A stretch of DNA of 64,000 nt from Amylibacter sp. (GCA_037625035.1 JASJIO010000030.1:11778-75777); one strand, 5' to 3'. Shown: positions 39,069-48,434, numbered from the stretch's first letter. The notes: generated by a model from the letters alone, not told the origin. Program-made: numbers and translations.

Positions 39069-40774
39069 ACGTCTTCTCCCGCTGTAACCGCTGCCTGAAC
39101 CGCTGTAATATCCGCAGCCAACAAACCATAATCCCGCGCTGCAACCTGCGGCGAAATATACCCCCGCGCTAAATCGCGCTTCACCGAGGCAGGGTCACGA
39201 TCCGCCGCTGCGCCGTATCCCGCACCACCTGGAAACGCCATCATCACCTTGCGCCCGTGGGCCACAAACTGTTTGCCCTTACCGTTCATTTTGGCTCCAT
39301 CATCTTGCGCAATCGTCGTCGCTGCTCCCTCGCCACCACCACGTCGACCCCGCGCAGGATGATCGACCCGATCAAACATCGCCTGAATATCAAACTCATG
39401 CCCCTCGCGCGCGCCCACTTCCATAAACTGTCCCAAGCCACCACGGCGCTGCCCCGCACCACCGCTATCTGGGCGTAATTCTTTGCGCCAAATAATAATT
39501 GGCCCCGCATGTTCCGTCGCCTCCACTGGCATGGTCATCACACCCGATGGAAACGCGGTTGCATTCAGCCCATCATGTTCTGGCCTCGCACCCGACCCGC
39601 CCGAATTGAACGTCAAAACCTCAGAACGCACAGCATTCGCGGGCGCAGGCGCATCGGTACGGGGCCGCAGTGAAACTTGGAAATTACACAAACACCCAGC
39701 GCCCTCGGCTGGCACCAATCCGGGCACAATTTTATCAAACGCATTGTACACCGCATCTGGCACGAAATGCCCCACGATATGGCGCAACGCCACGGGCGCG
39801 GGATGCACGGCATTCACAATCGTACCTTCGGGTGCTTCAATTTCAAACGGCGCAAGGGAGGCTGCATTGTTCGGAATCTCAGGCGCAATCGCCACCTTCA
39901 GCGCGTAACAAGCGTACGCTTTGGCATAGACCAACGGACAATTGATCCCCTTCTTATCCACCCCAGACGTACCCGTGAAATCCGAGATTATTCGATCTTC
40001 GTGAACAGTTACTTTTACCTTCAACGTGATTGGTTTATCGAACCCATCGACCGTCATTTCACCCGTCGCAGATATACGTGGCAGGGCCGCAATCCGTTCC
40101 AACGTGGCGCGGCGCGAATTATCCAGAATGAACGCCGCGATCCCGTCCAGATCATCCAGCTCAAACTCCATCATCATGTCGATCAATCGACGATGCCCGA
40201 TCTCATTACAACTGGTCAGCGCGAAAATATCCCCGACCAGTTGATCAGGCTCGCGCACGTTGCCACGAATGATGCGAACCAACGTTTGATCCACTTCACC
40301 TCCGACGGCGAACTTCATGATTGGAATATACAATCCCTCCTCATAGACACTTGCGGCATCCGCCCCAAAACCACGCCCACCGATATCCACGACATGCGCG
40401 GTACAGGCGAAAAACCCGACCAGAACGCCCTTGTGAAACGACGGCGTCACCCTCGTAATATCGTGCAAATGGCCTGTGCCCTCCCACGGATCATTGGTGA
40501 TATACACGTCCCCATCAAAGATGTTTGGCCGCCCAATTCGACGAATAAAATGCGCCACCGCATCGGCCATTGCGTTCACGTGTCCGGGCGTTCCCGTCAC
40601 CGCCTGCGCCAGCATTCTGCCGTGCGTGTCATAGACCCCCGCCGACAAATCGCCCGCTTCACGAACAGATGTGGAAAACGCCGTGCGCACTAACGCCTGC
40701 GCCTGCTCCTCGACCACGGAAATCAAACGGTTCCACATCACCTGATACGCGACTGCTGATTTTTTCTGAGCCAT
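39065..40774 (-). CDS. hyuB: Hydantoinase B / oxoprolinase family protein
   Basis: 569 aa. VMWNRLISVVEEQA and NDPW.GTGHLHD motifs. Confidence 0.85.
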   Translation of the reverse strand: MAQKKSAVAYQVMWNRLISVVEEQAQALVRTAFSTSVREAGDLSAGVYDTHGRMLAQAVTGTPGHVNAMADAVAHFIRRIGRPNIFDGDVYITNDPWEGTGHLHDITRVTPSFHKGVLVGFFACTAHVVDIGGRGFGADAASVYEEGLYIPIMKFAVGGEVDQTLVRIIRGNVREPDQLVGDIFALTSCNEIGHRRLIDMMMEFELDDLDGIAAFILDNSRRATLERIAALPRISATGEMTVDGFDKPITLKVKVTVHEDRIISDFTGTSGVDKKGINCPLVYAKAYACYALKVAIAPEIPNNAASLAPFEIEAPEGTIVNAVHPAPVALRHIVGHFVPDAVYNAFDKIVPGLVPAEGAGCLCNFQVSLRPRTDAPAPANAVRSEVLTFNSGGSGARPEHDGLNATAFPSGVMTMPVEATEHAGPIIIWRKELRPDSGGAGQRRGGLGQFMEVGAREGHEFDIQAMFDRVDHPARGRRGGGEGAATTIAQDDGAKMNGKGKQFVAHGRKVMMAFPGGAGYGAAADRDPASVKRDLARGYISPQVAARDYGLLAADITAVQAAVTAGEDV

Positions 40775-40777
40775 GTC

Positions 40778-42862
40778 TTAACCCTCCGCTTTCACGTTTA
40801 TGTCGATACATCCATCTGGTTGGCGGATCGCATTTCGACTGCTTGGAATGATAATCGTCGTCTCATCTTCGAAAATGGCACCGGGCCCTTGGACAAAGTC
40901 ACCGACCTCCAAAAGCGTGCGATCATATTTGTAACAGCTCACAAATTCTTCCTTCGCAGGGTCAAAAAATGCACGCTTCCCATTCATCACCGCCGTCTTG
41001 CCAGTGTCATGCTGCGCCACTTGCGCCACTTGTTCTGGCGGCGTTGTCGCGTTCACCGACCAAACCGTAATCTCAATATCGAGCCCCGTCACAGTGCGCC
41101 CAAACAGCTTGATATAATCCTCTTCAAACAACCACTCAAACGTCTCCGCCTTCGGGTTCATCGCTTGCTCCACGTTCAACACAATCGGGATTTCCCAACC
41201 CTGCCCCGTGTAACGCATGTAGACTTTAAACTCCGAAAGAATTTCGGCATCACCGTCGCAATTGCGCACAAAACCCGTCGCTTCAGCTTGCAAATCTGCC
41301 AGTAAATCCTGAATTTGCGGCGCATCAAAATCCGACAGCCTCATGTAAACAGAACGGTTCGCCTCAAACGAAAATGGCGCGCGTAAAAACCCGATTGCCG
41401 ATCCGACGCCAGCACCTTCTGGCACCAACAACCGATCCACACCCAGCTTTTCACACAATCGCCCAGCATGCAGCGGGGCTGCCCCGCCAAACGCGATCAT
41501 CGTGTATTCAGACAGGTCTTCGCCGTTTTCCACCGCATGAACCCGCGCCGCATTCGCCATATTTTCATCCACAACTTCGGCCAACCCAAACGCCGCCGTT
41601 TGCGCGTCCATATCTAACGGCGCACCCAAAACAGTTTCTAACGCCACCTTAGAATCGTCCTTGTGCAGCTTGATCGAACCACCCGCAAAATGATCACCAT
41701 CCAACTTACCCAAAACCAAATCCGCATCCGTCACCGCTGGTTTATCACCGCCACGCCCATAACACGCAGGCCCCGGCTCCGACCCCGCACTTTCAGGCCC
41801 AACCCTGATCTGACGCATACTGTCCACATGCGCGAGCGATCCGCCCCCCGCACCAATCTCCACCATGTCGATAACAGGTATCGAAATCGGCATCCCAGAC
41901 CCTTTCTTAAACCGATAGGTTCGCGCCACTTCGAACACACGACTGGTTTTTGGCGTCTGGTTTTTGATCAAACAAATCTTCGCCGTGGTGCCACCCATAT
42001 CAAACGACAACACCTTATCCAGCCCGTAGCGCGCCGCGATGTGGGCTGCAAAAACCGCACCACCCGCTGGCCCAGATTCCACCAAACGCACGGGAAAATC
42101 CGCAGCATTTTCGATAGAAATAATCCCACCACCAGAATGCATGAGGAATATATTGCAATCGACCCCTTCGTCCTTCAACCGCCCCTCAAGGCGCCCAAGA
42201 TACGACTTCATCAACGGCTTGATATATGCGTTCGCCACCACAGTATTGAACCGTTCGTATTCGCGCATTTGCGGCGACACTTCGGAAGAGATTGAGATCA
42301 TCGCATTTGGCATTTTCTCGGCCACGACATCTGCGACCATCTGTTCATGCGCATCGTTCAAATACGAATGCATCAACCCAATCGCAACGCTTTCATACCC
42401 AGCCGCCGCGACCGTATCGACGACTGCTTCAACCTCGGCACGATCCAACGGGATCAACACAGCACCCGTCGCATCCACGCGTTCTGTCACAGTGTACCGC
42501 ATCTGCCGCGCCAACAGCGGTTCGGGCAAATTCAGGTTCAAATCATATTGCTCAAACCGGCTCTCGGTGCGCATTTCGATCACATCGCGAAACCCGTTTG
42601 TGGTGATCAACGCAGTCTTGGCCCCGCGCCGTTCAATCAACGCATTCGTCGCCAGCGTAGTGCCATGAATGATCTGCCCGATGTCGGACGGCGCAACATT
42701 CGCCTTGGCTAAAACCTGATGCATACCGTCAATAATTGCGTTTTCTGGCGCGATGTAGGTGGTCAAAACCTTGGTTGAAAAACTCTCGCCACCGTGTTCC
42801 AGCACCACATCCGTGAACGTGCCACCTATATCCACACCCAATCGAACCGAACTCGTTTTCAT
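40778..42862 (-). CDS. hyuA: Hydantoinase A / oxoprolinase family protein
   Basis: About 694 aa. LGVDIGGTFTDV N-terminus. ATG 42862 has an AGGTGAG SD; the track start is 42910. Confidence 0.85.
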   Translation of the reverse strand: MKTSSVRLGVDIGGTFTDVVLEHGGESFSTKVLTTYIAPENAIIDGMHQVLAKANVAPSDIGQIIHGTTLATNALIERRGAKTALITTNGFRDVIEMRTESRFEQYDLNLNLPEPLLARQMRYTVTERVDATGAVLIPLDRAEVEAVVDTVAAAGYESVAIGLMHSYLNDAHEQMVADVVAEKMPNAMISISSEVSPQMREYERFNTVVANAYIKPLMKSYLGRLEGRLKDEGVDCNIFLMHSGGGIISIENAADFPVRLVESGPAGGAVFAAHIAARYGLDKVLSFDMGGTTAKICLIKNQTPKTSRVFEVARTYRFKKGSGMPISIPVIDMVEIGAGGGSLAHVDSMRQIRVGPESAGSEPGPACYGRGGDKPAVTDADLVLGKLDGDHFAGGSIKLHKDDSKVALETVLGAPLDMDAQTAAFGLAEVVDENMANAARVHAVENGEDLSEYTMIAFGGAAPLHAGRLCEKLGVDRLLVPEGAGVGSAIGFLRAPFSFEANRSVYMRLSDFDAPQIQDLLADLQAEATGFVRNCDGDAEILSEFKVYMRYTGQGWEIPIVLNVEQAMNPKAETFEWLFEEDYIKLFGRTVTGLDIEITVWSVNATTPPEQVAQVAQHDTGKTAVMNGKRAFFDPAKEEFVSCYKYDRTLLEVGDFVQGPGAIFEDETTIIIPSSRNAIRQPDGCIDINVKAEG

Positions 42863-42916
42863 CAGACTCACCTTGTTATGATCACGCCCATTTTGAAGGC
42901 AGCGCCGCACAGCCGC

Positions 42917-42951
42917 AAATTATTTATTGCGATATGCGTGATAAATATTCT
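42917..42951. promoter_or_regulatory. Candidate LysR-type operator upstream of hyuA
   Basis: Imperfect inverted repeat: AAATTATTTAT (42917-42927), a 13-nt spacer, then ATAAATATTCT (42941-42951), with 9/11 complementary. It lies in the 94-bp gap between the LysR remnant and hyuA. Confidence 0.3.
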
Positions 42952-42956
42952 TTATC

Positions 42957-43855
42957 CTATACCTCAGCTAAAACCTCGGCTGCCAGCTGCGCAGAATGTG
43001 CCACAAACCCTGCCACACGTTCCGCCTGATACCGCGCCGCAAACCGCAATGGAGCAGGTGTCCAGTCTACTTGAACCCCTTGCAATCTACCTCCCACCAA
43101 ATCCGCTTCCACCAAAGATCGCGGTAACAGCGCAATCCCCAGCCCGTTAATCGCCATCTGCACGCAGGCAGCCATGCTGTTACTCGGCACAAACCGCGTT
43201 GTCGGCAGCGATCGCGCTTCGGCATATTCCACCAATTCGCGGTAGGCTTGCGTGTTACGCGCATGGGTCAAGATCGAACGAGGGATCAGCTCCGCAACAC
43301 CCACGCGCCCCGCCAAACCGTCCAAACTTTCGGCCGTTCCAACCCAAACATATTCGAACGTCCCCAGCTCGATAATGCCACTGGCTTTACTCACAAACGG
43401 CGCGGTTTGTATCGTTAAGACCAACGTCCGCACGCTCAATTCTCGATCCAGTTTGCGTGACAGATCGACCGTTAACTCAACGCTCACCGCTGGATAGGCA
43501 TCTTTCAAACGACGTAAATAGGTGTGTAACCACGTGGAAGCGACAGTTCTGTCACGCCCAACAGCAACCGATCCTCGATCAAATCAGGCCGCTGTGCCAC
43601 CTGCAAAAGCCCCTCGGATTGCCGCTATAATTTGCGCGCCTCAACCAAGATATCCGCGCCTTTTGCCATCATCCGAACAGACCCGGCATCGCGCTGCATC
43701 AACACAACACCAAGGCTAGTTTCCAGCCCCGCAATCCGCGACGAAATATTGGGCTGCGTCGTGTTCAAATGCGCCGCCGCCTTGCGAAACGTGCCAAGAT
43801 CAGCAACTCAAACAAGCGCCTCTAGCTGTTTCAAGTTAAACACATTACCGATCAT
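42957..43855 (-). pseudogene. LysR-family transcriptional regulator, inactivated
   Basis: HTH region MIGNVFNLKQLEALV*VADLGTFRKAAAHLNTTQPNISSRIAGLE. In-frame TGA at 43808-43810 and in-frame TAG at 43625-43627. A 1-nt deletion near 43541-43546 breaks ...GVTEL/ASTWLHTYLRRLKDAYPAV. The corrected length is 300 codons. Confidence 0.8.
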
Positions 43856-43976
43856 CAACCGCACCTCTGATGGAATTTGCCAATGCCCCATAACTACTCC
43901 CAGACAATCAAAAATCCTAATCCTTTTATTACACTTCAGAACCTCCTAAAATCGCCCCAACCTAAAGGAACACATC

Positions 43977-44524
43977 ATGCTTCTCGACACTCCAATCTGT
44001 GATTTTGGCTGGCAAGCACCAGACTTCACGCTCAGCGATCCAACCGGAAAATCAGTCACAATGTCCGACCAGATAGGCGAAAATGGGCTGCTGATTATGT
44101 TCATCTGCAACCACTGTCCCTACGTGAAAACCATCGGCAATCGCCTTGCAGCAGATACAAAAAATTGATGTCAGAGGGCGTAAACGTGCTGGCCGTTATG
44201 TCCAACGATTACCACGATTACGCCGAGGATAGCCCCGAAAACATGTTGAAATTCGCAACACTTTATGGGTTCGAATTTTCTTACCTGATCGACGAAGATC
44301 AATCCGATGGCAAAGCCTACTGCGCAGTTTGCACACCCGATTTCTTTGGCTTCAACTCAGATGGCGGCTTGCAATATCGCGGCAGATTGGATGACGCAGG
44401 CATTGGCCAAGAAACCGCCAACACACCCTAATTGTTAAACGCAATGCGCCAAATCGCCAAAACTGGCCAAGGCCCAAAAGATCAAATCGCCTCGATGGGC
44501 TGTTCGATCAAATGGAACAGCTAA
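43977..44524 (+). pseudogene. Thioredoxin-fold (AhpC/TSA-like) protein, inactivated
   Basis: FICNHCPYVK motif. Frameshift at the A6 run 44159-44164, where A7 would restore ...ADTKKLMSEGVNVLAV. In-frame TAA at 44429-44431 before a conserved-looking tail ...MGCSIKWNS. Confidence 0.7.
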
Positions 44525-45786
44525 ACCTTCGTGTCCAAAGCTGGCGCGTAATCTAAATATGTTTGTTGCGTCGAAATATGATCCGCCACGAATTTCGCAT
44601 CGTGCCAAACACCCCAAATAAACGAAGACCCACGCCGCGATTGCCAGGGCAGCCCAAGGAAATAAACGCCCTGCTGATCTGAAACACCCCGTTTGTGAAC
44701 GGGCTTACCGTTCGCATCAAACACATCAGCATCCAGCCAATCGTATTCTTGCACAAACCCCGTCGCCCAAATCACAGAGGTAACCCCCTCTGCCTTTAAA
44801 TCAATTTGGCGAATAGGATCAGACAGGCACGCAGGCTGTGGCCACTGCTTTCGCGCGTCAGGTTCCAGCGGCAAATCCAACCCATTTAGCGCAATGTATT
44901 CATCTGCCTCATCCAGTACCGACAGATAATTCGCGTCGCCATTGGCCACGTTATCAACCAGATCAGATGCGAAATGCAAAACGCAATCGCTGAATTGTTC
45001 GGTCCGCCCAACCAACTGCATTCCAGCATCTGCAAAACGGCGGAAATCCACCGTCGTACCGCCATTTGCACCGCTTACTGCAATCGTAACATGCTCTGCC
45101 CCCAGCGGCGGCGTCTGCATATCCCACTTGCCCAAAACACCCAACCACCAGACAAAATCACGGTTGCGATAGGCACGCGGCGGGCGATCATGCGGGCCAA
45201 CAGACAGGAAAACTTTGCGCCCAGAATTCATCAATTCCTCTGCGATTTGCGCACCCGAAGATCCCGCTCCAACCACCAAAACACCGCCCTCTGGCATCTG
45301 ATCAGGGTTACGGTAGGTGTTGGAATGCATTTGCATTACATCCGTATTCGCAGGAATTATTTGCGGAAAAACGGGTTTTTGAAACGGGCCAGTCGCAGCA
45401 ACAATATTCTGCGCCTCGATCACACCGTTCGATGTTTCAACCCTAAACCCAGAACTGTTTTCACGCCGCTGCGCATTCAAAACTTCTACACCACAGCGAA
45501 TGGGCGCGTTAATCTGCTTGGCATAATCAACAAAATAATCGGCCACTTCTTCTTTGCCCGGAAATCCTTCTGGCCCACACTCCGTGAACTCTAATCCAGG
45601 AAAACGATCATGCCACGCAGGGCCGTTTGCTACCAAACTATCCCACCGCGCCGTGCGCCACCGCGCTGCGATACGATCCCGCTCCAACACAATATGCGAG
45701 GTTCCGTTGTTGCTCAAATGCTCGCTCATCGCCACGCCAGCCTGCCCCGCACCGACTACAAGGGTATTTATCTTTTCAACTGGCAT
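44521..45786 (-). CDS. NAD(P)/FAD-dependent oxidoreductase (flavin-containing monooxygenase / CzcO-like)
   Basis: 421 aa. LVVGAGQAGVA and a second VVGAGSSGAQIA dinucleotide motif. Confidence 0.75.
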   Translation of the reverse strand: MPVEKINTLVVGAGQAGVAMSEHLSNNGTSHIVLERDRIAARWRTARWDSLVANGPAWHDRFPGLEFTECGPEGFPGKEEVADYFVDYAKQINAPIRCGVEVLNAQRRENSSGFRVETSNGVIEAQNIVAATGPFQKPVFPQIIPANTDVMQMHSNTYRNPDQMPEGGVLVVGAGSSGAQIAEELMNSGRKVFLSVGPHDRPPRAYRNRDFVWWLGVLGKWDMQTPPLGAEHVTIAVSGANGGTTVDFRRFADAGMQLVGRTEQFSDCVLHFASDLVDNVANGDANYLSVLDEADEYIALNGLDLPLEPDARKQWPQPACLSDPIRQIDLKAEGVTSVIWATGFVQEYDWLDADVFDANGKPVHKRGVSDQQGVYFLGLPWQSRRGSSFIWGVWHDAKFVADHISTQQTYLDYAPALDTKV

Positions 45787-45878
45787 TGCGCCGCTCCTAC
45801 ATTTGATCTGGCACTCAAGAACATAAATTCCAAAAAGCCAAGTTAGAATTCATTTTTTCATCAATTAGGAGGAGGATA

Positions 45879-46949
45879 TTACGCAAATATTTTCGAAAGC
45901 GCATCAGTGTCGATACCTTTGCAGGTGTGGCCCTTCGGCTTGAATGTTGGCACGTCCTCGCCTGCAACAATTGCGTTTACGACCGCTTCTTCCACAGATT
46001 CCACAACCCCAAGATAGAATGGATCCAGCAGATCGGCGTTCAATTCTTGGCGCGTTATCATTGCAGCATCTTTTTGTGGCATTGGGCGATCATTGGCCGT
46101 TGAAAAGGCAAGAAAAATATCGCCAGAATTATTGCCCCCAGGGCTGCCACCACGCCCCACGCCAAGGGCCGCACGTTTTGCGATTTGGCGCAAAGACAAC
46201 GCCGACAGCGGCGCATCCGTACCAAGGATCACGATAATGGACCCGGTTTCTTGGCCTAGCAACCGCCCCTCAGTCAGCATCTCACCAACAGGTTTGCCCA
46301 AGATGTTCAGCCAAGGACGAATACCGTGATTGGCCTGAACCAACGCGCCCACGGTATAGGTTTCACCGCCGACCTTCACCAGCCGAGATGTCGTGCCAGT
46401 GCCACCTTTGAATTCATAACAAATCATCCCGTTGCCGCCACCGCTCGACCCTTCGATCACGGAGCCCGATTTAGCCGCGTTCAACGCCTTCATCGCGTGG
46501 TCAACATTCACATGTTGGCCATTGATATCGTTCAAAACACCATCATAGGTTTCGGCCACGACAGGCATGGCCCAAACATGTTCATCCCGAAAATAATCAG
46601 CATAGGTGTCGATCATCCAACGGGTCGCACCGTGATGAACCATGCCCACAGAATGCGTGTTGGTGATGCAAATCGGGCCAACAAAATACCCCGCATCGTT
46701 AATCCAATGCGTGCCCGTCATTTCACCGTTGCCATTCAGCGCATATTGCCCTGCCCAAACGGGTTTCGGCTCGCTTGCACCACCACGCGGAATAATCGCC
46801 GTTACCCCCGTGCGAATACCTTTTTTCGCGTCCGTTAGTGTCGTGAAACCAACATGAACACCAGCCACATCGGTTATCGCATTATTGGGGCCAGTCGTGC
46901 CGCGAAACGGCAGGCCAAGATCACGCGCGCGGGGTTTTGTGTTGGTCAT
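45879..46949 (-). CDS. P1/S58-family peptidase (DmpA-type aminopeptidase)
   Basis: 356 aa. GVTAI, ...NSGD... and an autoprocessing-type GSS/GxT region typical of DmpA/BapA-like Ntn hydrolases. Confidence 0.75.
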   Translation of the reverse strand: MTNTKPRARDLGLPFRGTTGPNNAITDVAGVHVGFTTLTDAKKGIRTGVTAIIPRGGASEPKPVWAGQYALNGNGEMTGTHWINDAGYFVGPICITNTHSVGMVHHGATRWMIDTYADYFRDEHVWAMPVVAETYDGVLNDINGQHVNVDHAMKALNAAKSGSVIEGSSGGGNGMICYEFKGGTGTTSRLVKVGGETYTVGALVQANHGIRPWLNILGKPVGEMLTEGRLLGQETGSIIVILGTDAPLSALSLRQIAKRAALGVGRGGSPGGNNSGDIFLAFSTANDRPMPQKDAAMITRQELNADLLDPFYLGVVESVEEAVVNAIVAGEDVPTFKPKGHTCKGIDTDALSKIFA

Positions 46950-47095
46950 ATCTGTTCCAATTCTCTGTACTCTAGGATTTTACACCACAGCGCATCAATG
47001 TCTCTCAATATTTGCAACCAGCCCAACGCGCCGGTAAATTCTACCGCTGTGATCAATGACAATATCGCAGATATCTGCTTTCCCCTTCCGATTTA

Positions 47096-47555
47096 TTGTT
47101 GAGTTGTCGTAGTGTTGAAAATACAATATTTGTGACGACCTGGAACACACGCCCATCTTGCAAAGTTGGTACCGATCACCGCTCCCAGCAACAGGTTAAA
47201 TCACAATTGCAAACATTTCAGATCAAATGGAACCGCCGCGATAAGATCGTGAATTCGTTCTGGCACGGTGGGCGTTTAACTTGGATTGAACGCGCTTGTA
47301 TCCGCTCCTTTCAGGCCCAAGGCATGCAATTTCGCCTGTACGCTTACGGTAAATTGGAAGGTGTTCCTGACGGTGTTCTGCTTGAAGATGCCGCCAAAAT
47401 TTTACCAGAAACAGAAATCATTACCTACGAAGGTGACGATCTGCCCGATGCCAAGGGAACCCCCGCACTGTTTGCAAATCTGTTTCGCCACGAAATGCAA
47501 AGGCTCGGCAAAGGCATTTGGGTTGATTGCGATGTCTATTGCCTGAAACCCTTTC
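47096..47555 (+). pseudogene. DXD-type glycosyltransferase (Gly_transf_sug-like), 3'-truncated by an IS scar
   Basis: SFWHGGRLTWIERACIRSF...WVDCDVYCLKPF, after which the reading continues into IS-derived sequence. The start codon is uncertain; GTG 47133 is possible. Confidence 0.5.
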
Positions 47556-47810
47556 TGTCCGTCGTCAGGGTTTTTGGCACCTAGAGCAGCTTAAACTAAG
47601 AGAGAGTTTGGCTCATCTGTTTGATTACATTATGCGGCGCGTTGTCTGTGATGCAAGCAGCGCGTTTCGAGTGTCTTTCGTTTGATCCTTTCCCTTTGTT
47701 GCAGAATGGCTTTGTCGCGCCCGAAGTAGGGTCAGACGGCGTGACGTTGTTCAGGCTCTCATGGTAGCGTTGGTGATTGTAGTGATCGACGAAGGCTGGT
47801 CGTCCTTGCC
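47556..47810 (-). mobile_element. IS3-family remnant: 3' end of orfB (integrase core tail) plus the right end
   Basis: Minus strand reads ...AFVDHYNHQRYHESLNNVTP.D. After a 1-nt frame slip it reads YFGRDKAILQQRERIKRKTLETRCLHHRQRAA* (stop 47630-47632). Both boundaries are approximate. Confidence 0.7.
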
Positions 47811-47814
47811 TAAC

Positions 47815-48318
47815 GATGAACAGGGCGCCTGAAATCGCGCCAGGGCGTCCGCTACCTGCCGCTCGAAGGGCTTGATGTGCTGGACCCTGATACACTGGAA
47901 CCCGTCCCGCGCGACGGCGAAACCATGTTTCGCGGCAACGTTGTGATGAAAGGGTATTTTCGTAACCCCGTCGCCACGCAAAAGGCGTTTGAGGGTGGCT
48001 GGTTTCATTCCAGCGATCTGGGCGTGATCCATCCAGACGGTTATATCCAGCTCAAGGACCGCTCGAAGGACATCATCATTTCAGGAGGCGAGAACATTTC
48101 CTCCATCGAGGTGGAAGAGGTGCTCTATAGTTACCCAGGCGTAGAAATTGCAGCGGTCGTCGCCATGCCCAATGACAAATGGGGCGAAACGCGCTGCGTA
48201 ATTGGTGCCGTGACAGGCTCGTGGCCTAAAAAGTTGCGGGTAAGTTCGTCGTGACGAGTATCCCCAGAACCTCAACTGTAAGATACAGAAATTCGTCCTG
48301 CGTGAGCGCACGAAATAA
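47815..48318 (+). pseudogene. AMP-dependent acyl-CoA synthetase, 3' fragment with frameshifts
   Basis: ...[41 protein letters not shown]...[21 protein letters not shown]... The tail ...TSTGKIQKFVLRERTK* can be recovered only after frame corrections. Confidence 0.65.
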
Positions 48319-48434
48319 CAGTTTGCAGTAATTTGAACCAAACCAAAAATTGGAGACCAGACCAATTTAGCTTCCTATGATCACTCTAAACGCCCGTGTC
48401 ACACCTCCATTGCAATATAGGCTATTTGGATCGG

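Noticed and set aside
47067-47078. Perfect 12-bp palindrome GCAGATATCTGC, with an overlapping ATATC/GATAT repeat, upstream of the truncated glycosyltransferase.
   Set aside because: It is a single short palindrome with no second copy in the window and no associated regulator. It could be chance or a restriction-type site, and I cannot assign a function.
47751-48032. 93-aa minus-strand ORF from the track, and the 99-aa ORF at 47596-47895 taken at face value as a gene.
   Set aside because: The first is antisense to the clear acyl-CoA synthetase fragment. The second is only partly meaningful: just its FVDHYNHQRYHESLNNVTP segment is real IS3 OrfB sequence. The remainder is out-of-frame read-through of the scar and of the ACS fragment.
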